Source of the DNA: Anaerolineae bacterium
GTDB lineage: Bacteria > Chloroflexota > Anaerolineae > Anaerolineales > UBA4823
Assembly: GCA_037439525.1 (NCBI GenBank)
Contig: JBBIVW010000005.1
Location: 7,007 to 71,006, forward strand
DNA: 64,000 nt
Reading direction: 5' to 3'
Each line of letters begins with the position of its first letter. Within the stretch, counting starts at the first letter, position 1. Of the stretch, positions 43,151-52,902 are shown in pieces. The notes under the pieces are model-generated. The model was not told the origin of the DNA. It searched no databases and saw nothing but the letters and a program-made list of their open reading frames with translations. The translations under genes were made by a program, and so were the position numbers.

Positions 43151-44998
43151 ATGATCTGGTTGCTTTTCCCACTCAGCTTTGTTTTCAGTTTGGTGGTCTT
43201 TCCGTTGGTACGCTGGCTCAGCTTTCGAACCGGGGTGATTGCACAGCCACGCCTGGATCGCTGGCATAAAACACCCACACCGGCGTTGGGTGGGTTGGGC
43301 ATGTTTTTGGCTTTCAGCTTAGGCATCGGACTTTCAATGGTATGGCTACCAGGGGATATGCGCCTGCCCGGTATTTTATGGGTTGGGGGTGGGGTGATGT
43401 TTGCGATAGGCTTGCTGGACGACTTGCGTCCCCTTTCTCCAACCGCAAAATTGATCGGCGAGATTGCGGCAGCGACGCTTGTCATTGCCTTTGGCGTGCG
43501 CACAGACTTCTTTTCCCCGCGCATCGCGGATCGAGTGCTCGCCGAGAGTTTGAACATCGCCCTGACCTTTGTCTGGTTGGTGGGGATCACCAATGCGATC
43601 AACCTGCTCGACAACATGGACGGCCTGGCGGGAGGCATTGCTTTCATCGCCTGCCTGGTATTGGCATATTACTTTGGCAAGAATGGCGAACATCAACTGC
43701 TTGCCCTCGCCTTGACTTTATTGGGCAGCATTCTGGGGTTTTTATGGGTCAATTTCCCACCGGCGAAGATTTTTATGGGGGATAGTGGCAGCCTGTTCTT
43801 AGGATTTACCCTGGCTTCATTGGCTATTGCCCGCCAACCGCAGGCTTCGAATGTCTTTGCGGTGATTGGTGTGCCCACGGTGCTTTTTTCTTTGCCCATA
43901 CTGGATACTGCGTTCGTCACCTTTACGCGGTTACTGCGTGGTCAGTCTCCAGTTCGGGGAGGGCGGGATCACACCTCGCATCGTTTGATGGCCTTCGGGT
44001 TCAGCGAAAGGCAGACTTTGCTGGTGTTATACGCCATGGCGGGTATCTCAGGGTTGTTGGCGGCGACCCTGGAATCGATCCAATATTGGTTTAGCCTGGT
44101 GTTGGTGCCGGTGTTGATCATTACGCTTGCCTTGTTCACCGCTTACCTGGGGCGGGTTAAAGTAGAAGAGGGCCGCCCCGCCTCCACGGAAAAACCCGGT
44201 GCTCTGACTCGCATTCTACTGCGCCTCACCTTTCAGACGCGCATCCTGGAATTGTTGTTGGATTTCCTGCTCGTTGGGGTGGCTTATACAATGGCGATTC
44301 TACTGGCTTTTGGTTTTTCCCTGAGCGAGACGCAAGCCTCTCTTTTGCTTTCCTCGCTGCCCCTTGCCTTCGCCGCGGCGTTTCTCGCCTTCTTCTTCAG
44401 CGGGGTCTACCGTGGAGTGTGGCGATATATCGGGCTGACTGAATTGTGGCGCTTCTTGTGGGCCTCGGCGTTCAGTGTGATCCTGCTTTCGGCGATGATT
44501 TTTATTTTGGAATCGGTGGGCGAACTTCCCTGGCAGGGCGCTTATCCACCGCAAATCATCCTCCTCTTTTTCTTCTTTCTTTTCGTTGGACTAACGGCTA
44601 CTCGTCTTTCGTTCCGTCTGCTGGATGTCTTCTTCCGCAGCCATTCTCAAGAAGAGGAAATACGTTTACTGGTTGTTGGTGTGGGGGATAACAGCGAAAT
44701 GGTTTTACGTTGGATCCAAATGAACCCTCAACTGGGCTATCTCCCAATCGGGTTGATCGACCAGGATGAGTTTTTACGCGGGCGCAGTATTCATGGCGTG
44801 GAAGTATTAGGCGGGCTAGCAGATTTGCCGCACATCATTCAAGCCAGGCGTATCCAGGGGATCGTCCTCGCTGACGAAAACCTCTCACCGGCGAGCCTGC
44901 AGATGATCTCCCATGCGTGCCAGACGTATGGGTGTTGGCTGAAACGCTTTCACCAGGGTTTCGAGGATCTAAACCCGGCTAATCTGCCATCGCGCTAA
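43151..44998 (+). CDS. Polyprenyl-phosphate HexNAc-1-phosphate transferase (WecA/MraY family, GT4 'initiating' enzyme) fused to extra TM segments and a C-terminal Rossmann-like domain
   Basis: The N-terminal ~330 aa carry LLDDLRPLSP, ITNAINLLDNMDGLAGG and IFMGDSGSLFLGF (MraY/WecA motifs). The C-terminus reads RLLVVGVGDNSEMVLRWIQMNPQLGYLPIGLIDQDEFLRGRSIHGVEVLGGLADLP, which resembles the N-terminal nucleotide-binding-like module of WbaP/CapD-type proteins. Confidence 0.85.
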   Translation: MIWLLFPLSFVFSLVVFPLVRWLSFRTGVIAQPRLDRWHKTPTPALGGLGMFLAFSLGIGLSMVWLPGDMRLPGILWVGGGVMFAIGLLDDLRPLSPTAKLIGEIAAATLVIAFGVRTDFFSPRIADRVLAESLNIALTFVWLVGITNAINLLDNMDGLAGGIAFIACLVLAYYFGKNGEHQLLALALTLLGSILGFLWVNFPPAKIFMGDSGSLFLGFTLASLAIARQPQASNVFAVIGVPTVLFSLPILDTAFVTFTRLLRGQSPVRGGRDHTSHRLMAFGFSERQTLLVLYAMAGISGLLAATLESIQYWFSLVLVPVLIITLALFTAYLGRVKVEEGRPASTEKPGALTRILLRLTFQTRILELLLDFLLVGVAYTMAILLAFGFSLSETQASLLLSSLPLAFAAAFLAFFFSGVYRGVWRYIGLTELWRFLWASAFSVILLSAMIFILESVGELPWQGAYPPQIILLFFFFLFVGLTATRLSFRLLDVFFRSHSQEEEIRLLVVGVGDNSEMVLRWIQMNPQLGYLPIGLIDQDEFLRGRSIHGVEVLGGLADLPHIIQARRIQGIVLADENLSPASLQMISHACQTYGCWLKRFHQGFEDLNPANLPSR

Positions 44999-45621
44999 AG
45001 TCGCGAAAGCAGTTGCTCCTTTTTGGTTTGAAACTCTGCTTCGCTGAGCAAGCCTTGTTTGCGAAGTTGGTCGAGCTGTGCGATGAGCTTTGGGATGCTT
45101 TGGTCATCCTCGGCGAAATCGCCATGCTCTAGCCGTTCTTTGGCGTTCAACATGGTGGTTTTGAACTGGACGGGTTTGGCAATGCGTTTAAAGAGGTTCA
45201 CGCCCAATTCACTCGCCGTGAGAATTTCGATATCACCATAATCGAAGAGGCGCCCTAAAAAAGACTGGGTCATTTTGACATCGTTCACCTTTTCGAGCGA
45301 TGAATCCGTAACGCTTTTGTTGATGACCCCAGAAATTTGCATCACGCGTCGATTTGTGATCACATATTGATGATGTGTCCAATTGAGGATATCGCGCGTC
45401 ATGGTGAACGTAGGAATCAACAAGATGAGGAAGCCTCCAAGGAGGATCCACAGGGTATATTCTCTGAAGTTCAGTGAGGTGAAGACAATCGTTGCCAGGA
45501 TGATGAAAATCAACACAATTTCCAGCAGGATCATGCTCGCCAGGATGAACCAGTGTTGCCTCGAAGTCATATGAATGGTTTCTCGCGCGCCAAGCAGGTT
45601 TTCCAGGTACGACTTTGCCAT
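44995..45621 (-). CDS. Membrane protein with bacterial PH (bPH_2/YdbT-like) domain and C-terminal SHOCT domain
   Basis: Two N-terminal TM helices, then HQYVITNRRVMQISGVINKSVTDSSLEKVNDVKMTQSFLGRLFDYGDIEI (bPH_2). The tail is LDQLRKQGLLSEAEFQTKKEQLL (SHOCT). Confidence 0.7.
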   Translation of the reverse strand: MAKSYLENLLGARETIHMTSRQHWFILASMILLEIVLIFIILATIVFTSLNFREYTLWILLGGFLILLIPTFTMTRDILNWTHHQYVITNRRVMQISGVINKSVTDSSLEKVNDVKMTQSFLGRLFDYGDIEILTASELGVNLFKRIAKPVQFKTTMLNAKERLEHGDFAEDDQSIPKLIAQLDQLRKQGLLSEAEFQTKKEQLLSRL

Positions 45622-45751
45622 AGGCTACCTCCAGGTTATTGATCAGACTCGGTTTGAGTACTATGGGTGGTCATCGCTACACTCCAATTGTATCATCCGA
45701 TTGCAGTATGTCTTGATAGAGCGACTTTGGAAACGGTTGTGCGTGTGGTAG

Positions 45752-47023
45752 TTACGCCTGCGCCTTGCGGCGCTGCAGCTTTGCTTCTAAGCGCGTTTTT
45801 CGGTGCAACAGTCTATCGAGCATGGGATGTGCGTCGCTTAGATGCTCAAAGGAGGTTTGCGGCGCGCATCTTTCGAGAGACTGAATAGCGCGCTCCGTCC
45901 AGCTTAGGGCGGTTAGATAATCCTTCGCTTGGTGTTCGTAGAACATTGCCAACTCGATGTGCGCCTGCAGGTGGTCGAGGCGCGCGGCTTCTTCCCACAG
46001 GTTTACCGCGCGCGCCAGGTCCTGCTGGCGTTTATAGATCAGCGCCAGGCGATGAAGCGCTTCGACAATCAAAACCTGCGGAACGCGCGCGGAGCGCACA
46101 TCGGCGTGCGTAAGCGCTTTGAGGTACAGTTCTGCCGCAGTATGCAGGTCTTGCAAATCTTCAAACAACCTGGCGAGGGAGAATAAATCCACGCTGTATC
46201 GTTCACCTTCCTGAACGGGGTGTTCTAAAAGCAGGCTCAGGCGGCGCATGAGTACAACAAGTGAAAGCACATCCATTGCGTTATGGTACACCACGCGTTT
46301 GAGGGGTTCGGTTTCTCCAAAGCGCAGGTAGGCAAAATACAGGCTGGGAATCATCCAGCCGGGGAGGTCTGCATCTGTGCGCTGTGCCCCTAGAATTTGC
46401 GCTTCCAGGTTGGATAGCGTACGGGTGGGTAGGCGCAGTCGCCACAAGCGCCGGGCAAGATGGAGCAAATCCAGATGTTTCAATCCATTGAGCGGGGGGT
46501 TCCATCCATGGGTGAGATAGCGCGTGTTCAATAACGGTGCGTCGAAGCTTTTCCCATTGAATGTAACCAAAACCCGGCAATCGCCCAGAAATTCTTCCAG
46601 GGCGTAGAGTTGGGCAGGTTCTTCGAGGGGATCGCGCAGAAAGAACTGGTCGAGGCGGAAACGATCTGCTTCGAACTTTCCTACGCCTATGAGAAAGGTA
46701 TAGGTGCCTGTCCCTCCAGATAAGCCGGTCGTTTCTATATCCAGGAAAACAATCGAGGCGGGCGGAAGGCTAGAAAGGTCGGGGATTTCCGCCCAACGTG
46801 CCAACCCTTCTAAAGAAACGTCTAAATCCAAAGGGTAATCCCCGTGCCGATAACCTATGGGGTAGTATTGCTCAATGACGAAGGTTTCTCCGTGAGGGTT
46901 TTGCACCCCCCTGCCTCCCAGGATGTCTTCTAATGCAAGCTTCTTGCGCGGTTGGGGTGGGGAAATCGCCTCACTCCCCAAGTGGACACCCATTGATTTG
47001 AGCAATTCAGATAAGGAGGACAT
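45752..47023 (-). CDS. RNase H-fold DEDDh exonuclease (YprB/MrfB-like) with C-terminal TPR region
   Basis: Exo motifs IVFLDIETTGL, LVTFNGKSFDAPLL and YHNAMDVLSL. The C-terminal ~130 aa are TPR-like (AAELYLKAL..., LALIYKRQQDLARAVNLWEEAA..., LAMFYEHQAKDYLTALSWTERAI). Confidence 0.75.
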   Translation of the reverse strand: MSSLSELLKSMGVHLGSEAISPPQPRKKLALEDILGGRGVQNPHGETFVIEQYYPIGYRHGDYPLDLDVSLEGLARWAEIPDLSSLPPASIVFLDIETTGLSGGTGTYTFLIGVGKFEADRFRLDQFFLRDPLEEPAQLYALEEFLGDCRVLVTFNGKSFDAPLLNTRYLTHGWNPPLNGLKHLDLLHLARRLWRLRLPTRTLSNLEAQILGAQRTDADLPGWMIPSLYFAYLRFGETEPLKRVVYHNAMDVLSLVVLMRRLSLLLEHPVQEGERYSVDLFSLARLFEDLQDLHTAAELYLKALTHADVRSARVPQVLIVEALHRLALIYKRQQDLARAVNLWEEAARLDHLQAHIELAMFYEHQAKDYLTALSWTERAIQSLERCAPQTSFEHLSDAHPMLDRLLHRKTRLEAKLQRRKAQA

Positions 47024-47162
47024 GCTTGGATTTTAACATACTCCGAGGATGAAATCGCCTCACGCACTTTGAATTATATGAGGAATCCCCCACCCGTTTG
47101 GATGTATGTGCTCCGACTCTTAACTGAAATGAAGTCAAGGGAAGTTCGAGTCGGGTGAGAAC

Positions 47163-47885
47163 TTACGCCATATTGCGCAGGCGCACGTCGATGTCTTGCG
47201 CTTCTTTCAACAAATCAACGAGCGTTTGCACCGGGGTGTTGCCAAAGTGATAAGGGTACAGCACACGCGGGCGAAAGCGCCGTGCGGCTTCGGCTACCAT
47301 CTCAGGAGTCATGGTATAGGGCAGGTTCATGGGTAGGAAGGCGATATCGATATTTTTTAGCTCGCCCATCTCCGGGATGTTTTCGGTATCGCCAGCCACA
47401 TAAACGCGCAGGGGGTCAAATGTCATGAGATAGCCATTGCCTACCCCTTTGGGGTGGTACGGTTCGCCGCTCTCGCGTTTGTGGATCAGGTTGTAGGCAG
47501 GCACGGCTTCGATGGTAAGCTCTTCGATGATGATCTGGTCCCCATTGCGCATCACCATCCCCTTGCCCAATTTCTCGGCGCACTTTTCCGTAACCACCAG
47601 GTGTGTGTGTGGCGTCAGAATGGCATTTAACGCCTGGAGATCGAGATGGTCGATGTGTTCGTGGGTGATCAGCACCAGATCGGCGTTGGGCATTTGCATG
47701 TAATCTGCCACACGGCTGTATGGGTCTATATAGATTGTTTTTCCGTTCCATTGAAAGAGCAAAGAGCCATGACCCAAAAAGTAGATGAGCAGGTCTCCCC
47801 GATGGGTGGGAAAGGAGTCGCTCACGAAATTTTGGAGATAAGCCATGGATTTCACCAAATATTTCCTAATAATGCTTTTAAACAA
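47163..47885 (-). CDS. Metallo-beta-lactamase-fold hydrolase (UPF0173/UlaG-like)
   Basis: LIYFLGHGSLLF...IYIDPY...DLVLITHEHIDHLD (HxHxDH). The start may instead be the internal ATG at 47846. Confidence 0.8.
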   Translation of the reverse strand: MFKSIIRKYLVKSMAYLQNFVSDSFPTHRGDLLIYFLGHGSLLFQWNGKTIYIDPYSRVADYMQMPNADLVLITHEHIDHLDLQALNAILTPHTHLVVTEKCAEKLGKGMVMRNGDQIIIEELTIEAVPAYNLIHKRESGEPYHPKGVGNGYLMTFDPLRVYVAGDTENIPEMGELKNIDIAFLPMNLPYTMTPEMVAEAARRFRPRVLYPYHFGNTPVQTLVDLLKEAQDIDVRLRNMA

Positions 47886-47945
47886 TTTGAATGAACTTTT
47901 GTCTCATCCAATTGCTCGATGGCGTTATTCTACCCCAGAAAATGC

Positions 47946-47975
47946 TTGAGATAGGGGATCAGAACGGGCTATAAT
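47946..47975 (+). promoter_or_regulatory. Candidate promoter of the giant surface-protein gene (TTGAGA-N18-TATAAT)
   Basis: TTGAGA at 47946-47951, an 18-nt spacer and TATAAT at 47970-47975, about 30 nt upstream of the ATG at 48007 (GAGGAGG RBS). Confidence 0.4.
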
Positions 47976-48006
47976 GGTATCGAAGGTCGCGGGCGAGGAG
48001 GTGAAC

Positions 48007-51000
48007 ATGTGGATCAAGAGAGCTGGCAAGGCAGCGATGTTTTTCTTTCTGTTGAGCCTTTGCGCTGGGGCGATGCATCCATCTCGAGTGGGGGCTTCAA
48101 ATGCCGGTGATGCTTCTCAAGAGGGTCATCCTTACCGGCTAGAGCCTTTGGTGGTCAGTGCTTCGAGATATGACTTATCGAGACCATTAACCGAATTGGC
48201 CGCGCGATCGCAGGAGGAAGAAGCCGAAACACCTCCTCCTTCCGCTTTTCGCCTGCCAAAAGCTTTGCAAAGTGAGCAACACAGCGAGCAGACGCCTGGA
48301 ATCCCTAGGCAGAGCGGCGGACTTTCAAATAGCATGCCGACGCCCTTTCTAAACTTCCCCGGACTGGCAAATGTACATGGTGTCACTCCGCCGGACACGC
48401 AAGGGGATGTTGGCCCAAACCACTACGTGCAGTGGGTTAATGTACACTTCGCGGTCTGGCAACTGGACAGGGCCAATCACACGGCAACCATGATCTTAGG
48501 TCCCGCGGATGGCAATACATTGTTTCAGGGCTTTGGGGGACCGTGTGAAACCACCAATCATGGCGATCCCATCACGTTATATGACTCATTAGCCGATCGC
48601 TGGTTGATGAGTCAATTTGCCTTGCCCAACTTTCCTGAGGCGCCATTTTTTCAATGCATTGCTATCTCGCAAAGCGGAGACCCCACCGGAGCGTGGTACC
48701 GCTATGCATATCGCATTCCGGTGGATAAGATGAACGACTATCCGAAGTTCGGCGTGTGGCTGGATGCCTATTATATGAGCGTCAACCAGTTTCAAAGTGG
48801 GACATTGAATTGGATGGGGGCTGGGGTAGCCGCGTTTGAACGTGCGGCGATGCTCAAAGGCAAGCCAGCGCGCATGATTTATTTCGACCTTTATGGCGTG
48901 AACGAAAATTATGGAGGGATTCTCCCCGCGGATTTTGATGGGCATAATCCTCCATCCACAGGCGCTCCGGGCATTTATCTGGAGTGGGATGACGGCGCCT
49001 GGCTGCCAAATGAAGATGCCCTGCGTTTATGGGAGTTTCGTGTGAATTGGAACGATCCTTCCCGTTCCAGTTTCGGTCTTGCTGGAAATCCTCATCAGAT
49101 CATTCCTACGATGGATGTGGACCCCAATATGTGTGCGTATGCACGTGCATGTATTCCACAACCTGAGACACCCAATAAACTCGATGCCCTGTCTGATCGT
49201 TTGATGTATCGTTTGCAGTACCGAAACTTTGGGACACACGAAAGCCTGGTGAGCAACCATACGGTAGACGTGGATGGAGAGGATCATGCAGGTATTCACT
49301 GGTTTGAGTTGCGCAAAAGTGGTGGCTTGTGGAATCTATATCAAGAGGGCATTTATGCGCCGGATGGACATCATCGCTGGATGGGCAGCCTGGCACAAGA
49401 TGGCATGGGCAATATGGCTTTGGGGTTCAGCCTCTCTTCGAGCGAGGTTTATCCATCTGTGGGCTACACCGGCCGCCTGGCGACTGACGCGCTGGGTAGC
49501 CTGCCGCAGGGCGAGGTCATCCTTATTGGGGGTGGTGGATCACAAACAGGTTCGAACCGCTGGGGAGACTACAGCATGATGGCGGTGGATGCGCTGGATG
49601 GCTGCACGTTTTGGTACACCCAGGAGTATGTTGCCGTTACGGGCAGCGATACCTGGCAGACACACATTGGTGCATTTCGATTTCCCAATTGCATTACCGA
49701 CGAAGTAGGCATATTGCAGGGCAGGGTCACGCAGGCGGTCAGTGGCGAAGGCTTATCAGGGGCGCGCGTTACGGCGACAAAAGACGGCCAACAACCCATA
49801 GCCACTGATGCTCAAAGCGATGGCGCGTTTACACTCTATTTGCCAGCAGGCACCTATGAGGTAAAAGCGGAGGCGTTTGGCTACCTGCCGGAAACCATTT
49901 CCGGGGTGACCATCCCTGCCTATGGTGTGACCGAACAGGATTTTGCCCTGTATCTCGCCCCCACCTACCTGATCTCCGGGACAGTGAAAGATGGCCAATC
50001 GGGGTGGCCGGTGTATGCGCGCTTGCAGGTATCCGGTATGCCGTCATTCGCGGTTTGGAGCGATCCTTTAAGTGGTGCGTATCAGATAGAACTTCCTCAG
50101 GGGGAGGATTATTCACTGGAAGTGGCTGCTTTTGTGGAAGGTTATCAAGAGAAGACCGTTCCCATTGGGGCGGTCCATACACCGCGCACAGTGGATATTG
50201 TGTTGGATGTAGAGCCAAATTGCACAGCCCCTGGCTACAGGATGGAATTGGGCGATGTGTATGCCTACGATTTTGAATTGAGCGGAGCAGGTTTTTCTGT
50301 ATCGGGTGCCAGCTCCTGGGAATGGGGTAAACCCACCAGTGGACCTGGCGTGGCGCATTCCGGGCAGCGCGTGTGGGCGACCAATGTGGATGGGCGTTAT
50401 GGCAATTATGAAGATGGATATCTCACTTCACCCATCTTGGACTTGAGCGCCTATGCAGGCCAGAGCCCGATTTTGAGTTGGTGGCAATGGTTGAGTACCG
50501 AGGCGGAGTTTGATTTTGCCAGTCTGGAGGTGAGCCGTGACGCGGGTGCCCATTGGGAGGTGGTGTATGGTCCAGTGAGTGGCGGTGTAGATCTTTCATG
50601 GGCGTTCCATGAAATTCAGTTGGAGTCTTCTTATGCCACAAACGCATTCGTGTTCCGCTTTCATTTGGTCACCGATTCGTCCACCTCGGAGTTTGGTTGG
50701 TATGTCGATGATGTGACTGTAAAAGCCGGGGTGTGTCAACCTCGTGATGGTGGGTTAGTGGTCGGACATGTTTACGATGCGAATACCGCCATGCCGTTGA
50801 ACGGAGTCACCATTTCGAATGCATTTGGGGACACGACCCAAACCGCAGCCACGCCTCAGGATGAGGCGCAGGAGGATGGAATATTCACAATATTTGCGCC
50901 TGATGGTGTTCAGGTGATCACAGCCACGGGGAGCACACGCTATTCCCCGGCAATGGAGGTAGTCGCCATCACACCAGGTAGCTCTGTGGAACGGGATTTC

Positions 51001-52902
51001 TACCTGGAGGCTGGCTGGCTGCTGCCTTCGCAGGCAGAGGTAGTGGTGGAATTGAAGTGGGGCACCACGCGCACTTTGCCCATTACCGTGACCAATCAGG
51101 GCGGTAAAACGGCATGGATGGAATGGATGGAATTATCAGCGAGCCCAAATATCTATGGACCGATGGAGACACCCGCACGTGTGGAAGTGCTTCCAGAGCA
51201 GAACTACCTCGATGCACAGCGGTTAGACTGGCCCTCGCTGCCTCCAGCACCGCCTCTGAGCGCCGGTGAAGTGATCGCTTCATGGGTGGCTGAAGAAGTG
51301 GTCAATCCATGGGGCATCGCTCTGGACGCAAGGAATGAGCGCCTGTGGATCAGCAGCCCCGCCTCCACCTGGTCGGGAACCAATCGGATATATGAGTTCA
51401 CAACGAATGGCTTATTCAACGGCAGAAGTTTTGTCCATACCATGCCTCACCAGTATGGTCCGGCGGACCTGGCGTACAACTGGAATAGCGGGATGATTTG
51501 GGTGATGAACGTGAATACCGAAGAACAAAAGAACTGCATCTATGAACTCGACCCGGCTTCGGGATACACTGGGGCGTTTATCTGCCCCGGTGAGAGCGGC
51601 TTTGCCGTTTCCCAGCGCGGACTTGCCTACGACCCGGTTACCGATACTTGGTTCGCCGGTGGATGGAATGATGGCATGCTGTATCGTTTCGATACAAAAG
51701 GAACGATCCTTGCCAGCGTAAACCTCAACCTCCCGACCGCTGGTCTGGCGTTCAACCCTACGACGCAACACCTATTCGTGATGATCAACGCAAACCCCAA
51801 CCCGGTGTATGTATTGGATGTCGCAAACAACTATGAAATGATTGGAAGCTTTGCGGTTGCAGAAGGATTTGGCGCCTACAGTGGCGCCGGTTTAGAGATG
51901 GACTGCCAGGGGAACTTGTGGGGGGTGGATCAGAGCTCGGATCGTATTTATCTCTTCCGTTCTGGCGAAACGACAGACGTGTGCGGCGAGCAAATACCCT
52001 GGTTGGATGAAATTCCCCGAGGCGCGGAAATCGCGGGAATGGAGCAGCAGGTCTTTTGGCTCCATTTCGATGCCAGGGTTGACGAGGTGAACCAACCAGG
52101 GACGTATCGTGCCAATTTGAGATTGTTCAGTGATACCCCGTATAGCTATCCTCTCATCCCCGTCGAGATGGTCGTCCTTCCGCCAAGTTATGGGGTGAGC
52201 ATTGAGCCAGATCAGATGGGTCATACGGTGCCTGGCTGGGTAGTTACGTACACGCTCACCCTGACCAATACCAGTGAGGGTTTGGTAGATACATTCGATA
52301 TATTTGTCGGCGAGAGCGCGTGGCCAGTGGAATTAGAACGCACTATCGTTGGCCCATTGGAAAGTGGCGCCTCTGAGAGTTTTTACGCCTGGGTGTATCC
52401 CCCCCTGGGGACCACACCGGGGGAGAGCAATACCACATCCATCCTGGCACGTTCCCAGGGGGATGCATTGATCTCTGACACTGTTGTGCTCACCACAATT
52501 GTTGACCCGACGGAGGCAGACCTTTCGCTGGTGAAAACTGCTTTGCCACTCGAATTGCGCGTTGGAGAGTTGCTTACCTATACGCTCACAGTGACGAACG
52601 CCGGACCAACGCCTGTGGGGCGGGTGACTTTGGTGGATATTCTGCCTGTGGCTGTGAACTATCTTAGAAATGATGCGGGGTGCGGATTGGATGGAAGCGT
52701 GTTGAGTTGTGAGTTAGGGGGTATGGCAGTGGGTGCCGTGAAGCGGGTGTTGCTTTGGGTGCGACCGACCTATGTCGGTCAGTTGGTCAACCATGCCGTG
52801 GTTGCAGCAGACGGCGATCCTTACCTGGAGAATAATTGGTCGATCATGTACAACCTGGTCCATCCCTGTCTGATATTCTTGAGCATCATCTTCATGCCTT
52901 AG
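48007..52902 (+). CDS. Giant (1631 aa) secreted multidomain surface protein
   Basis: Signal peptide MWIKRAGKAAMFFFLLSLCAGA. A conserved N-terminal module of unknown function follows (PPDTQGDVGPNHYVQWVNVHFAVW...). Next come CarboxypepD_reg-like beta-sandwiches (GILQGRVTQAVSGEGLSGARVTAT...GTYEVKAEAFGY), a MAM/jelly-roll-like module (SSWEWGKPTSGPGVAHSGQRVWATN...FGWYVDDVTV) and a beta-propeller-like region (RIYEFTTNG..., LYRFDTKGT..., RIYLFRSGE). The C-terminus has a DUF11 repeat (ADLSLVKTALPLELRVGELLTYTLTVTNAGP) and a hydrophobic tail. Confidence 0.8.
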   Translation: MWIKRAGKAAMFFFLLSLCAGAMHPSRVGASNAGDASQEGHPYRLEPLVVSASRYDLSRPLTELAARSQEEEAETPPPSAFRLPKALQSEQHSEQTPGIPRQSGGLSNSMPTPFLNFPGLANVHGVTPPDTQGDVGPNHYVQWVNVHFAVWQLDRANHTATMILGPADGNTLFQGFGGPCETTNHGDPITLYDSLADRWLMSQFALPNFPEAPFFQCIAISQSGDPTGAWYRYAYRIPVDKMNDYPKFGVWLDAYYMSVNQFQSGTLNWMGAGVAAFERAAMLKGKPARMIYFDLYGVNENYGGILPADFDGHNPPSTGAPGIYLEWDDGAWLPNEDALRLWEFRVNWNDPSRSSFGLAGNPHQIIPTMDVDPNMCAYARACIPQPETPNKLDALSDRLMYRLQYRNFGTHESLVSNHTVDVDGEDHAGIHWFELRKSGGLWNLYQEGIYAPDGHHRWMGSLAQDGMGNMALGFSLSSSEVYPSVGYTGRLATDALGSLPQGEVILIGGGGSQTGSNRWGDYSMMAVDALDGCTFWYTQEYVAVTGSDTWQTHIGAFRFPNCITDEVGILQGRVTQAVSGEGLSGARVTATKDGQQPIATDAQSDGAFTLYLPAGTYEVKAEAFGYLPETISGVTIPAYGVTEQDFALYLAPTYLISGTVKDGQSGWPVYARLQVSGMPSFAVWSDPLSGAYQIELPQGEDYSLEVAAFVEGYQEKTVPIGAVHTPRTVDIVLDVEPNCTAPGYRMELGDVYAYDFELSGAGFSVSGASSWEWGKPTSGPGVAHSGQRVWATNVDGRYGNYEDGYLTSPILDLSAYAGQSPILSWWQWLSTEAEFDFASLEVSRDAGAHWEVVYGPVSGGVDLSWAFHEIQLESSYATNAFVFRFHLVTDSSTSEFGWYVDDVTVKAGVCQPRDGGLVVGHVYDANTAMPLNGVTISNAFGDTTQTAATPQDEAQEDGIFTIFAPDGVQVITATGSTRYSPAMEVVAITPGSSVERDFYLEAGWLLPSQAEVVVELKWGTTRTLPITVTNQGGKTAWMEWMELSASPNIYGPMETPARVEVLPEQNYLDAQRLDWPSLPPAPPLSAGEVIASWVAEEVVNPWGIALDARNERLWISSPASTWSGTNRIYEFTTNGLFNGRSFVHTMPHQYGPADLAYNWNSGMIWVMNVNTEEQKNCIYELDPASGYTGAFICPGESGFAVSQRGLAYDPVTDTWFAGGWNDGMLYRFDTKGTILASVNLNLPTAGLAFNPTTQHLFVMINANPNPVYVLDVANNYEMIGSFAVAEGFGAYSGAGLEMDCQGNLWGVDQSSDRIYLFRSGETTDVCGEQIPWLDEIPRGAEIAGMEQQVFWLHFDARVDEVNQPGTYRANLRLFSDTPYSYPLIPVEMVVLPPSYGVSIEPDQMGHTVPGWVVTYTLTLTNTSEGLVDTFDIFVGESAWPVELERTIVGPLESGASESFYAWVYPPLGTTPGESNTTSILARSQGDALISDTVVLTTIVDPTEADLSLVKTALPLELRVGELLTYTLTVTNAGPTPVGRVTLVDILPVAVNYLRNDAGCGLDGSVLSCELGGMAVGAVKRVLLWVRPTYVGQLVNHAVVAADGDPYLENNWSIMYNLVHPCLIFLSIIFMP

